Shown: positions 1 to 13,954 of the stretch, in pieces | Layout: each line of letters opens with the position of its first letter | How positions within the stretch are numbered: the stretch's first letter is position 1 | Source: Podarcis melisellensis | Lineage: Eukaryota | Strand: one strand, 5' to 3' | Length of the DNA stretch: 64,000 nucleotides | NCBI GenBank assembly: GCA_964234715.1 | Contig: OZ174276.1 | Notes under the pieces: model-generated | Told to the model about the DNA's origin: nothing | The model's database searches: none | The model's input: the letters and a program-made list of their open reading frames with translations, nothing else | Translations under genes and position numbers: made by a program

Positions 1-609
1 TAGATGAATTATTTTAAAAAGCAAATTATGGTTGTATTAATATTTATAAAATCAATTTAGAGCTATTGATGACAGTGGTTGTTTATAATCGGGTTTTTTT
101 GCTTTGTCTCATTCTTGCCTTGCTGTCTTTGGGGTTTAAAGGTCTTCACAAAGACCAATCATGGAAAAAAGAAATATTAGTCACCATGTACTAGATGCAA
201 CCAGTTAGCAATCCAATTGGAACTGCACTTGTCTGCAAATAATTCCCCATGCCTCTTGCTAAGTGAATTGCTTAAGCAAAACACTTCCTGTGTCTTTCCA
301 AGCACAGTTGCCTACTAATGCCAGTAGTGTCTTTTTGTAACATTTTCTAAAAACCCAAACAAGATGCTCTGTTTCTTTAGCCTTAACTTCTCCCCCCCCC
401 CCCAAACTATGTTAATCTTGGCTAGGCTTCTAAACTATGCACACGTACTAGCCTGTTTTCCAAGCTGAGGAATGTAGGGTCTGGCCTCATCTCTAAAAGG
501 AGGCTTGTGGAGGAAAATCAGATTCTAAGTCATATTATGCCTCACATTTTCAGGGACCAATTCATTATCTGTCAGGCAATAACTAGTGCTATACATACAG
601 AGTGGGGAA

Positions 610-815
610 CGTAAGCAGAACTGTGGTTAACTGGACCAAAGGTCATCCAGTCCATGGTTGTGCTTCAAACAGCAGCCATACAGATGTGTCTGAGTGCTTG
701 CTAACGTAGCATCAAGGCAACAGCACTCTTCTGTTGCTTGTCCTCAGCAGCTAGAATCACAGGCATAACAGTCGCCATGGTTGATAACCATTAAAAGACT
801 TACCCTTCATGAAGA
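610..815 (-). mobile_element. Old CR1 3'-UTR fragment
   Basis: gaccaaaggtcatccagtcca...gcaacagcactctt...ataaccattaaaagacttacccttcatgaa, related to 63560-63715. Confidence 0.5.
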
Positions 816-828
816 GCCATGTGACTGC

Positions 829-872
<44 letters not shown>
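829..872. repeat. (GT)n(AT)n microsatellite
   Basis: Read directly. Confidence 0.95.
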
Positions 873-1099
873 GCAGGTTTTGGTGTCCTCGGGTGTCTTC
901 CCATGTAAAAGTTGGGGTGTCTAGGCGACGTTTCGACGAGGTCTCACTCGTCATCTTCAGGCTGGTGCTTTCGGCTTCTTGTTACTGGAACAGAGCAGGA
1001 TCCTCGTCGAAACGTCGCCTAGACACCCCAACTTTTACACGGGAAGACACCCGAGGACACCAAAACCTGCATTCCTGTACCCGTGAAAATCTACGAAAG

Positions 1100-1102
<3 letters not shown>
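871..1102. mobile_element. Penelope-like element remnant: two divergent 3'-end copies inserted in an (AT)n microsatellite
   Basis: 71-bp inverted arms (871-941, 1002-1072; one mismatch); hammerhead core on the - strand; tail ...acccgtgaaaatctacgaaagc; (AT)n on both sides. Confidence 0.8.
920..968 (-). ncRNA. Minimal type-I hammerhead ribozyme motif of the Penelope type
   Basis: Sense CTGAAGA-T-GACGAG(tgagac)CTCGTC-GAAA-CG-TC: CUGAnGA box, 6-bp stem II, GAAA box, vestigial stem III, GUC site. Stem I is weak. Confidence 0.7.

Positions 1103-1160
<58 letters not shown>
1103..1160. repeat. (AT)n microsatellite
   Basis: Read directly. Confidence 0.95.
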
Positions 1161-1164
<4 letters not shown>

Positions 1165-2460
1165 GTAGGCTCTGTGGGTATTAAAAGGCGCACCTGGCAG
1201 CAGTTGCAGATTGGTTTTTGTCTGTGACCTACAAGTGCTACATGTTTCTTGGATATGTTTTGACACGACCACTTTCCTGGTGGTCCCGTTAGCACTTAGC
1301 GGCCACCTTTCTGGCCCGCTGCTGCAAAACCATTATTCGTGAGGTTTAGTTTCTAAAAGGTAGCTTTTCAGTGTCTTTGACATAACCCCTGGGGTCCCCA
1401 TGACTTCTGGCATGTTGGCTACTGACAGGTTAGTTTGTTCCGTTTCATTTTTAGAATATTTGTTTATTGAGGTTTTCAATTAAGTACTGACAAAATGGAT
1501 AATGTAAGAAAGCAATAGCACCAACGTGCACTTAAACGGAGACATAAATTAACATGAACATTTCTGTTTGATCACTTATTTGCCATAGCATAGTGGTGGG
1601 GCATCCTGGAAAGCTGCTGTTAAGTGTAGGCAATACTGAACTGTATGGACCAGTGGCCTGACTGTATAAAGCAGACCCATATTTGTTGAATATTTCTGTC
1701 TCTGTGTGCTCACTTTAGTTTCTTTGTTTTGATTTATTAGTTGCTGGTGGGTTTTTTTTTAAATGATGTTTGGTAAATTAGTTATTTTTAAGTCTATTTA
1801 ATACATTTTATAGATTTTGGTGTGGGTTTTGTTTTTTAATAATGTATATGCTACTTCTGTAAGCCGCTTTGAATCCCCGCACCCACCCTGGGCAGGATAG
1901 AAGTTTTAAAAATATTTGAAATCAATCATAAATAAAATTTAAGGGTCAAGAAGTTTTAAAGCATTTTAAAATGTGGTTCCCACGTGTCAGAATTCTTTTT
2001 TTCTGCCAAGAAACATGACAGTATGCAAGATGGTACACTACATTTAAACATTGTTTATGGGCAGGCCAACTCAGTGGGTATCTTTTGCGTTTAGTAGGCT
2101 TTTGAGATCGGGATCAAGAGCAATTTGCCTCTCAATGAGGCTAATGTTCTTTCTGTGGAGTTTTCTGATCACTGGGCATTGTGTTTAACTTTTATTATCT
2201 GGGCAGCCAGGTGCATGAAAGTTATCAAATCACTTCTCTGCTCAAGACTGAATGTTTTATAAGTGATGTTCAAATGATTAAAGGGAATCAGAAAAATCAG
2301 AACCATCCAAATGTCTAATTTGGACAAAGCTGGCACTGTTAGTTGGCACCAGCTGAAGAACTGGCCTAGTATGTATTCATCAGTCCTCCCAAGCCTCCAA
2401 GTGTTTGCAAGGTAAATAGCTTTCAAAAACTGGCTGCTTGCACAGTGTATCAAGTGGCCT

Positions 2461-2464
<4 letters not shown>

Positions 2465-2518
<54 letters not shown>
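2465..2518. repeat. (CT)n(CA)n microsatellite
   Basis: Read directly. Confidence 0.95.
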
Positions 2519-5424
2519 TTTTGGAAGACATGGGTTCCTTGTATATTTCACAGGACTGCCAGCAACTTAAAGGAATGTAGCAGGTTCTGTGGAAGATTCC
2601 CCAAAACTGATTCCAGCAAACCTTTAAAAGCTCTTGGGACATAGGTTCAGTCCCTGAGAATGCTAGTCTGTATCGGATGTAGCACAGTGGAACAATTAGA
2701 GGGTTTTTTTTGTTGGTTTTAGATATTGTAGTGAGTTGTAGAGGAGAAAATAGTCTATTAGATCTCATAGAACAGGAGTTGCCAATATGATGCCTTCCAG
2801 ATGTTGCAGACTACAACTGCCATCAACCACAGCTTACATGTCCAGTGGAATGGGATGATGGGTGGCTGTAGGCCAGTATTTCCCGACCTTTGGTCTCCAG
2901 CTGTTTTGGGGCTACAATTCACATCATCCCTGACCATAGTTAAATGCTAAGCACATGTTTTAGCTTTATGTGTGAATCAGGCTACTGTTAGCATCTCCTG
3001 CTGGATAAAATTAAGTTTTTTCACTTCCAAACCTTTTAAAACATGGCCAACTGGGTTAAAACACCATAGAGTTTTTTTTATTATATATTCAATTCTGATT
3101 TCCAGCATACCTTCTGAAAAGGGGAGAATACTGATATAGGGAAGAGAGGTTTACAGTAACTTTTGGAGGGGGGGAAACCTGCTCTAGCTATTAGTCAAGG
3201 GAAATGGGGAAGCTTTGAGTCCTTCTTGCTAAGTACCTCATGAATTGAGGACAGGGTTACACTTTGGTTACAACCCCCCCAGTGTGGTGCTATGTGTTGA
3301 GCTTGTCAATATTTTCTATATGCTGAAAAAAAGAGAGGTGGAGGTGGAACAGCTCTCATGTCTTGCATTGTGCTTTTGGTAAGAGGAATTGTCATGGTGG
3401 TAGGAATTAGACTCCTATCGCACCTCTAAATACAGATTATCCAGTTCCCACCAAAGGCTTGTTGCCTGTTGTGACACGGTTACCCCACAAGACGTTTGTC
3501 AAGGCCAGACCTTTGCTACATGTAGGGAGTTTGTGGGAAATGATCTAGCTGTGTGTTAAAAACCTGGAAAAAGAGAAACCAGCTGTCTGATTTTAAGCAT
3601 GGTTTGGCACACAAGATGTTTTTGCAAAGCCTGTTATGAATTCCCCCCGCCCTGTGTGATGAAGCCGTAACTATTAGATGCTGCTTGATTAGATGCAACC
3701 AAGTTTCTCTGATGTTGCTGCTCCTATGATAATGATGATGGTGATGATGATTTCAATTTCTTGCCCACCATTCCAACAGGAGGTTCCAGAACGGGTTACC
3801 ACAATTTAAAAATACAATATTGAAAACTGTTAAAGCAAATGACAAACAAAAGTTGCCAGTTAAACGACAGCTGTTGGTCAGAAAAGTAAGACTAAGTTCT
3901 GGCACTGTAGAATGTCCTAAGACTATTTGCTATGTATGCCTGTGTTTCTTTCAAACACATTTTCATTCTTTAGCATCTACAGAAGTGTGCAGAGTTTGCT
4001 TGTGCTTACAGAGATGCCAGGATCTTCTGCAACCCTCACTTTGATTAGATTTCTCTCTCCCACCATATCATGTAGAAAGTTGATCATATGCTATCACATG
4101 ATTTGTTTGTTTCAGTCCCTGTTTGGTCTATAGTTTGCAGGACAATAATACAGCTGGGATGGCAGAGATATTAAGCAACCATACAGTTGCTCTTGTCTTC
4201 ACCAAACTATTCTGTTTTGTGGGTGGGAATATAGCCTGATCTTCAGGGAAACAAATCATGATGGTTTCGTCCTCCTATAAGTGCTTCCAATGGAGATAAC
4301 TTTGTGGTTACTCAAGGCAGCTTAAAGAGGATCCAGTTGGGTTCTGATGCTCTGGTTCAATCACATCTTGTCCAGAATCTGAATGCACAGGTGTAGTGAT
4401 CCTCTTTGTTAAAGGCTTAAGCTTCATCTTCAGAGTGTCCTCCAGGAAACAGAGTCCTCTTTGTAGATAAAGGAACTTTAAGCTTCATGTCTTTTATCAG
4501 CCTTGCTAAAGACTAGCTGTGCTCTCCAGCTAGGAAGGTAGATGAGAAAGATGTTTTGCGGAAGAGGCTGGGGTCCCAGGAAGAAAAGAAACAAGAGACT
4601 ATAAATACCTTATGTCCTGGGAGAGGTGCGTCTGAAAAGAGAAATCCTCAGAGCTCAAATAACTAGATTTGCAGAAGGAAGAATTAATCAGTATGAATAC
4701 AGGGCTGTATCTAATGTGAGCTTATAGAAACAGAGGAACTGCCAGAGCCTAATATCGGATCTCTAAGGGTGGCCAGTCTCATGTGCAGATACTTTGGAGG
4801 AGTTAAGCCATATTTTGTTTCCTTTAGGCACTTCAAGTGTGTGCTTTTGGCACATAGCCAGAAAAATGCGGAGACATTGGAAATGTTATATTTAAATACT
4901 GTGCTGGTGGTATTTTAAAAAACCACATGTATACACTGTCCCTTATAGGGTTCCCTTGTGTGCCTCAACTGCCTTTTTGGGGTAAGCTGTTCTCTTCTCG
5001 TGCCAGCTGCATGAAAAAGAAGGTGCAGGATAGACCAGCCCTATGTGGTAGCCCATCACAATTATGATGTTGTGTCCAGTACTTACTGGGAAGGAGGCTC
5101 AGAATGTCTCCATCCAAGCCAAAACTATGATACACATGGTGAGGGGCTTGGGTGCAACCTGAGCACAGTGCAAAATGAAAGAAGATACAGCGGAGTCCCA
5201 TGGGGTTGCCTTTCGTTTTCCCTTAGGAGCGGCACTGCCAGAATTGGAAACAACAACTTTCCAAGAGAAGTTGCTCAGGGAGTGATGCTTCCAAGCAGGA
5301 AGCAGCCCATGAAGTTCCTTGTGCGCCACTTTTCATCTGGCTCTGGGAGGTTCAGAGATGGGTGCGACCTGTGTGCTGCCCATTTGGCTATGCCTGTATT
5401 GGAACAGAAATAAATATGGGGATT

Positions 5425-5425
<1 letters not shown>

Positions 5426-5457
<32 letters not shown>
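5426..5457. repeat. (GT)n microsatellite
   Basis: Read directly. Confidence 0.95.
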
Positions 5458-5461
<4 letters not shown>

Positions 5462-5728
5462 CAACAAGCAATAAAGCGGAAGAATAGCCACTGGGGGTGG
5501 GTTGGGATATAGGGATATCCGTATTTCCAGCAACCACATCAGGGAAAAGTAGCCAAAGAGAAGAGTAGCTTACTGTTTCTAAATTTAGGGATGGGGAAGT
5601 GGGGATGAAGATGCTGCATTTGAATGAAATAGATTTTTCTTACTAAGTTTTTATTAGGAATGTCAAATTCGTACATCACTGGGGACTGTGTGGCAGCAAC
5701 AGGAGTTGGTGAAGGGGCTACTCAAGAC

Positions 5729-5957
5729 TAGAGATGGGAAGGCCTGGGGGGGGACAGAAAAATTGGGGGGAGACCAGGTTTCCCCCCGCCCCCGTTTCCC
5801 CCCAAAGTTGCTTTTTTCTAGAAAAATTGAAAAAAACAGTTTGATGTAGTTTGAATATTCCACACATCTCCCCCCCCCATTTTCCCCTGGAAAAAAACAG
5901 GAAAAAACCTGCCCCCCCCCAATTTTTCCAGTTTTCCCCCAGGCCTTCCCATCTCTA
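5729..5957. mobile_element. hAT-type MITE, 229 bp
   Basis: Perfect 22-bp TIR TAGAGATGGGAAGGCCTGGGGG; 8-bp TSD CTCAAGAC (5721-5728, 5958-5965). Confidence 0.93.
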
Positions 5958-8900
5958 CTCAAGACATTCTTGAGTCTCTGCTCAAACCTGCTACATTGTT
6001 GCATTTATTTATTTTTATAAGAAAAATGCTTTTGAAATAGAGGCAGACATGGTATGCTTTGCAAGGTTTCCTGGCAAGTGAATAATGACTTCTTAACCAT
6101 TCACATAACTTGCTATCCCTGCCCTAAGATGTCTTTGTTACCATTAGGTTTTCCACCACTTTTTAAGAGTAGTAGAAAAGCTCCTTGCCTATATTCATTT
6201 CCTGTCCCTTGGATTTTGTAGTGATGCAGCTCAGCTGACAAACCCACAAACTTACAACTAAACAAGATGATTTAAAACCAGTCCTGTGATAACAACTGCT
6301 GAAGTCTCCCACTACCAAAAAACAAAAAAAACCCTCTCTGCCTGGATGAGATAATGCTGATATTGTTGTTTTTTTTTTTAATCAGAGCATAAAATTAGTA
6401 TGACCTGGCCTCTTAGAGCCATTCATATGATTTACATACTTCTTATATAAGATTTTTATGCTGATTTTTCATGGCTATCTGGGCAAAGGTCACAAGCAAC
6501 ACAAAGAATATCTTCTAGTCTGAAATGCGTCACTTGTAAATGTTTAAGCAGGATAGAATTTAGATTCCATTTTTAATTGGGTTAATATCATCTCTCCCCC
6601 CCAATGTGTAGGATGTGTGTGCGAAATCCAAAAACATCCAGGGGAGGGGTGGGCTTACCTCTAAACACCAGAGGTTCAAGCTTTTCCTTTTTTGAACAAG
6701 TAAGTAGGCTTTGTCACTGTTTCAAGGAAAGGATTGACTTCTCTAGTGGCACTCCCTTTGAAATTTGGGACAAATGTCTCATGGGAATGATCCCATGTCA
6801 CAATGTAGTGTTGTATTCCCATAAATGTTCTTGCATGCGGCGGGGGGAGATGGCTGCTCCCATTGGCCAAGTCACTCTAGAAAAACTACACTAGTACTTC
6901 AGAAAAACAACAACATATATTTCCCAGCATACCTGGCATAGCAGTGTTCGGCCCTAACAGTGTTGGATTTGGAGGAGGGAGTAAAGGATTGGGCAAGAAA
7001 AAAGGGACAGGAGCTTGTGTTTTGATCTGTTACTGCTTTGGTTATGTTACTCTATAGCAGGGGTATGCAACATGGTGCCCTCCAAAATCATAGAAACATT
7101 GAATTGTAGAGTTGGAAGGGCCCTGAGGGCAATCTGCTCCAATACCTGCAGTGCTGTTGGTCTTCAGTTCCCATCAGCATGGTCAATAGCAAGGAATGAT
7201 GGCAACTGTAGTTCAATATCTGAATGATGCAACATCTGATACCCCTGTTTTATAGATTGTGCTTATAATAAATCCCCATGGAGCTATTGTTTCTGTTTGT
7301 TAGTATGCTATATATTTTTGTGTTTTTATGTTGTAAAGTATAATCCATCTTGTTATCTTTGGGTGAAAGACAGTATTCAAATTTAATCAATAAAATATAA
7401 AAATAATTAAAATACAGTTGGGTGTTGCAGATTGGCTGGGACCATACTCTGCAGCATATTCAGCATAATTTTGCCCTGCTTTTTAGAGAGATGGACAAAT
7501 CCCCAGCAAAGATAAGGAGAACTATCTATATTCTCACATCAACTGGGACAGCTTCTTGGACATCCGGGGGGGGGGCAGGGGGGAATGAAATGCATGCTAA
7601 TTATGCTACCAGTTCCTGCTGCTAGTTCCTGGCACTAATTAAGGCTTCATCAGACCTTTCATCCTCCATCTATGAAAATTAATAGAAGAAAATACAATGA
7701 TACTTATTGTTTCATAAGTACCTAAAAATATCCCAAGGCAGTATCCAAAATGGTCCTACAGTGCCACATGTAAGGTATAATAAAACGCTACGGAAAAATA
7801 GTCTTAAAAGAAGCGCTGGAGATCCTTAAAACCCTCTACAGCAGAGCCATCTATGCAGATGCTTTTTCTATCAGTATGCATCATGTATGTAATTTTCCTT
7901 TCCAATACAGCTGTCGTGTTTAACATATGCTTGTAAAAGTACTTGCCCCTTTCCTCTCTGAATTTTTTCCTTCTCTGGCTTGGCTTGTATATAGATATGT
8001 TGCTTCAGGCAACGCACTGCTCTCTCGCCCCTTCACAGAGTCTTTGTAGCACCCAATACGACAGAACCGAAAATTGCTTATATTGCTTATGTAAAATACT
8101 CGTATTATTCCCCCAGTGCTCTTACCTTCCTCTTGTGTCCTCATTCTTTCTTCCAAGTCAGCTTTCAAAGCTTTCTGCATCCCCTCCCTCTCCCATTTTA
8201 CTTCCTTCCCTCTGCTTGTTTTCTTGCTTAGACTTCTCCTGGCTTATCTCGCCCCTGTGGATTCCTGTTTTGTTCATACTCCCCACCAGAGCACTGAAGT
8301 GCTCTTAGCTTCTAAAGCTGAAGATAAGGGTTCTTTTCCAGGCCATAGGAATATAAACGTAAGAGAGGCACATGGGGAGGGGGAGGTGGTGGTGGCAGTG
8401 GTGGCAGCTCCACAGGCTACAGAAGCAGGGAAGCTGGAAGCTAACGTAGGACTATGTCCAAAGTATCCTGCCCTAGATGGGCTATTTCCTTTGACTTCAG
8501 AATTCTTTCACTGAGTGGCCACAGAGTTGTGCTTGCAAAATGGTCAGTGGTTAAGTTGTGGGATGCTGCTAACTTCACAGTATCACTTGCCCTTTGTTGG
8601 ATAATGTAAATGTTCGCTGTAGCCTTAGCATAAAAGATTTCCTGCTTAAGGACATATGCCTCTTCTTTAGGCAGTTGGAGCTGCAACCCTACATAGACAC
8701 ACTAGGCAGTAAGTCCCATTGAAGTCATTGAGTTGACATGTTTAAGATGACGCTCTAAATGCACTGTTTCAACTGGGGCTTCAAACTTTAGTCAGAGGCT
8801 GTGAATTAAGAGCACACTTGTGTATTTTCTGAGGCTGTTTCGGTCTTGGTTAGTTCCATTATAACATGGAACAAAAATCAGTACTGAATTCACTTTTCTT

Positions 8901-11900
8901 TCAACCAGTGCTTTTTTAATGGGGTACTGAAGGGTACGCAGTACCTGTACCTCATTTTGTTGTTGTGGTACTTACTGTAACAACTTTATGGTAAGTACCA
9001 GCATCTGTTTTTCTAGGGGGCGGGGAGACTTCTTTCAACACTGGGTGGTAGCTTTTATTTGCACAACTGTTGATTGTTTTATACTTTCTACAAGAAGTTT
9101 GTGCAAAAACCTGGGATTTTATTAAAATTTATTGATGAAGATGCTTAGAAACAGCAGGTGCTTAGAAATCCTTTCATCTGTTGACAAGCTTGGTTTCAGT
9201 GCATGCAGCCCCTATAATTCCCATTGAGTCAGTCTACATGATCACCCATATTGTTGAATGGGGCAATTGTCAGATGACTACAGTTTCCACAGCCATTTTC
9301 CTTACTTTTTATGCAAGTAAGCCTTGGAGAAAAAGGTTGGCCTCTTCTTGTGTTCTCAGTTGCAATGTGATACTTGGAACCTGAATGATACCATGGATAT
9401 GTGCTCTTTGCATTTGGTAGACAAATGAAAATTGATGGGGGCCATTCCGAACAGGCACTGAAATGAGATGCAGATTAATGAGCAGCAAAAGGGAGGACAG
9501 GAGAATGTGAAGAAAGAAACATGTATAGGATCAGGTGCCCAAGAAGCAGTTTTCTAGGCTCCACATATAGTTTAGAGCCATAAAGTAGATAGAATGATTT
9601 TGTGAGGGACTCTAGAGCAATTCAGGAATCCCCTCAATGGCAGAGGAAGCCAAAACTACTGGAAGTAAAGTAGACTGAACAAAGCAGTTGCAGTATGACA
9701 GGATTCTCTGTGTCTGTGTCCCAACTGTGTAATTGAGGTTAGTGGGTCAAAAAAGCTTTTGCAAACCAGAGCACGTTGTAACTACCAGTGTGCAGTAATT
9801 CCTTCTGCAAAAAACAAATAAACACCCAGCTCCACAGAGGCAGAGTCCACTGCAGGACTTTTAAGGAGCAAACATCCCATAGCACCTACAGAAGTTACCA
9901 GTCTAATGCTTCTTCCCTTGAGTGGCCCTCTCCTCACAGTTGTAGGAATGGTTAGCTTCTGAAGATCTTGAACCCGTAATGAACAGGAATGGTATTTTGA
10001 GAGGAGATCCTGCTAATTTAATTTCTTTTTCATGAAAGATACATAATTTGAACATTTTAACTGCTACTTCTTTTTATCTGTTTCTCCCATAATGCTCAGT
10101 ATGGAATGCCCATGGAAGCTTATTGATGCAGCATAATTTTGTAAATGATGCATCTTTCCCTTTATTTGTTAACACTCATTCCCACTAGATGGCATCATAT
10201 CCTCCGCTTTCCCCAAAAATCCCATGAAGCTTTGGGAGTTTGGACTATTTCTACAGCGCTGCTCCAAAGAAACCACTCATGTTTGGAACAGTGCCAGATT
10301 ACATTAACCTGTCCTTGGGTTGGTGTGAGGATGAAGAATCATCATTAATTTGCAACATTCCGGATCCGTGGAGGGCAATTTCCAATGCTATGAAACCTGT
10401 TTAATGATGGCAGAATGGAAAGAAACAAAAGTGGCCCTAATTGAATCAAAATATAGGCCCCAAAGCTCTAAAGGTGCTGCTGTCATTGTTGTTGTTTATA
10501 GAGCATCTGAGATATAATAGTCAATTAAAAGTGGAAATTAAAACTGCTTGTCTATGCAGCTCACAATCCAAACAAACAATTTAATCATGACCTCGAGTAC
10601 CATTTTGTGACTGAGGTGCAAAAACCCTTCTTCTGTTTAGATTTGTCTGGCCAATAAAACCTCACTAACCCTTTGTTTAGCTTGGGATTCTTAGGGAGCA
10701 ATCCAAAGCCAAGATTTGTCAGGATCAGCTGGGTTACTGGCTACTGTTAACAGAGTATACAGCTTCTGGCCATGATGACTATACTCTCTCTCTCTGGTTG
10801 GGGGCATGCTAGTTCCAGGAAGCTGTAGGGTGGAGGTGGGGCGTGTTCTTGTGTTTGGGTCTTGCTTGAGAGTTTCCCACAGGCATCTTGGGTGGCCGCT
10901 GTGAGAATAGGATGCCATTGGCTTGGTCCAGAAGGCTTTTCTTACGGTCCTTGTTTATAATGGACAAATGTCTGTCTGAGTCTCAGCTTAGCTTACCTGA
11001 GGCTGTGCTGACTGAAGTCCTTCATCCCAGCCCAGCAGAAGATGTGCTGGCACAAGTCCTCCATCTGGATAGCTCTGCTCCAGAGTTCATAACGGGTGGT
11101 TTATAAGGCCCTGCCATGCATTGAAAAAGACACAAAGGGGGTGATACAGCCATGCTTCCCCAGTCAATGCCCATATGTTCTGGGTACATTTAAAGAGTTA
11201 TCTGTGTGCGAAGGTACCCTGGCCACATTAGGGCCCCTCTACGCATGGAGGAACACCCAGCACATGCATTGGTATGTGTGGAGAACTCCTTCCTACATTC
11301 TTTGAACATGTCTATTTCAGTGTGTGTGTTGCTTTACCAGGCAGCAGCATCAAGGGATGAGATTAGCCAGTGTGGTACCCTTCCCAGCTTTTGCTGCTCA
11401 TTAATTTGCACCTTGTTACTGTAACTGTAAGGTTCATTCAGATTCTGGCCTTGCTTGCCTGTCAGAGACACAAGTAATGAAGTCCTTATGGGAACCAGTG
11501 TTGAATGATCTGCGGATTGTACCTGCACTTAGGTGTTTATTGTCGTTTCAAGCAAGCATGGGTTTCAGCCTATTTTGACAGACACAAACCAAGTTTGAAC
11601 AGGGGTGCATTTTCTCCTCTAGAGTTTAGTGTATTGTGGGAAAGGGCATTTCCTGTTTCCGCCATCAAGAACGATGTTTAGCCCGCAAGTAATGAGAGTA
11701 AATTGTGCTCACCCAAGGAAGAGAGAGTCTTGGAGCAGATGGTATCATGCTGCAAAACAACCTGCCACTGAAACATAAACAGACAGCAGTGACATATGGA
11801 TATAGGGGATAAACCCCTCAAACAGGCTGTAAAGCCTTGGCTGAAACAAGTTAGTCTCATAACAGAAAACTGAAGAGCCTGCGTTCGTATTGTGCGCTGG

Positions 11901-13954
11901 ATCTCACTGGATCCCTTTGAGGCGATAAACTGAGCTCAGAGTTGTTTTTCCTTTGAGCAGAGGCATGCTGTGCTCCAAGTTTGTTTGTTTTTACATTTAT
12001 TTAAAAATATGATAAACTTTCAGAACAAATGACAGATATTAATTGGTGCAGCAGTGGTACCTGCATAGGACTACCGTCTGCTTAATGAGAGAGCCCCAAC
12101 AGAAAGAGCTTCTCTTCATCATTTCAAAGATGGTAATGTAGCTCTGAAGTCTAATTACCTCTGTATATGAAAGAGCTGACTGCATCTTTCTTCTTATCAG
12201 TAGGATATATCCTGTTTTTCACCTAGAATTATTCAGTCTTGTTGACTAAAGGGTATGACAGGGTTGAGATCATTTTGGTGCTGGGTGATGCATTTTCATT
12301 TTCACATGATTACCCTCTCAACCACATGAGGACCACGGTTGCATTAAGCCCAACCACATGGGTACAATTATTTCTTTATTATGGATTGTAGTCCATGCTA
12401 GCCCTACCCATTGATGTTAATAGGCATGACTAACTTAGCCTCATTAATTTCAGTGGGTCTGCTCTGAATAAAACTTGGCTGGATATAACCCTGTTTATAT
12501 AGTGTTTCTAAAGTAGCATGCCCACAAAGCAGTTTATGATTATCTTTTTTTTTCTCTACACCCAGATAAATTGAATGATTCCAAAGTTTGTTGCCAGTTC
12601 TTGTGGAGATCTCCAGATATAGTATTAAAGTTGCATGTTAATCCTTCCGTGAGGCAGTAGCATGCAGAGTTGAATGTGTGACGAATATGTTATTCATATT
12701 TTGAGGTGAACAAGTTGCCACCTCTTTCCCTGCAAAGAATGTGAGAATTCCAGTGATACTAACAGAATATTGGCATTAAGATCAGTAGTTTTGATATATG
12801 GCATAATGCTAGGTACCCCATAGGTATTTTTCATTGTTCAGGACACTGCTAGTTGAAACTTAACTTTAAGATTTTGTCTCTGTTATCCTTGCCTGATCCT
12901 CACCATAGATTTCTGTTCTCATGGGTGACATGAAGCTTGTTTTCTGGCTGCTTCAGATTTTCCTACTGGTCTGATGCTTAATCAAGGCACTATGCATTGG
13001 GGTTAACACTGGAAGAAAGCACTAGGTTCTTGGGTAGTTCTGAATGGAAAGGCAGAGTACAGACTAACCAAAATAAATAAAGTATATGTGAGACACAGAT
13101 CCAGCCTTTTCTAATTACTGTTCATCTCTTGCCCCAGAGTTGGATGGTTCACTCTTTTTCCATATTTACTCTTCTTGACTTGCCTGCTAAACCAGGCAAT
13201 GACAGTCTTTATTCAAAATGATGCAACTTGAGTTGATAATAGAAATACAAGGAGTTGCCTCGTACCAAGACAGACGTGTTCACCATCTAGCCCAACATAC
13301 TGTACTCCAGCTCTCCAGAGGTCATTCCATCACCTAAAATCTTTGCGCTCTTTCTGCATTTTAAGTATGTGCTCTTCCTTTGTGCTATGGTCTGTCATCA
13401 AATAGTCCAGTTATTCTGATATTTTTCTCTGGCGATAAGCACATCCGTTTCATATACATGGAATACATGGATTGCATTAGGAGTGTCTCAATACATTTAT
13501 TTGTGTGTACCACTAAAATGGCTTTTTTTTGGGGGGGGGGAGTGAATATGTGAATGAAACATGGAAATGATTTCCAGCAAGCAGCCTATTAATACTTTAT
13601 GTGTGTTAGGCTATGAGAAGTTGCCATGAGTAGTTAATAGAGCATGAAACTCTAGAGCAAGAGGTTATTGGGTCACTGAGGTCCCAGAAGTAGATGTGGG
13701 AAAAGTGTGCTGCTGCTTTTTATTGGTGCTACAAGAGTATCACATACCTGCTTTTCTAGGCTTCGCACAACCAGGTTGGTGACACAAGCAAGTGTGGTGT
13801 GCATGTTTGATCAGAGCTGTGCTTGCTACATCCACAACTGGCAATTCAACTCATACTGATTTCACCACCACAAAGCTACATAAAGTGGACTGGGCACATT
13901 AGCTGTGGGCTGAGTTGCAGTCAGGAGAAGCAGTCTTCTAGTTAGTATTTTGTT

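Noticed and set aside
757-1295. ORFs with IYIYIY/CVCV runs (also 2169-2768)
   Set aside because: Translations of microsatellites.
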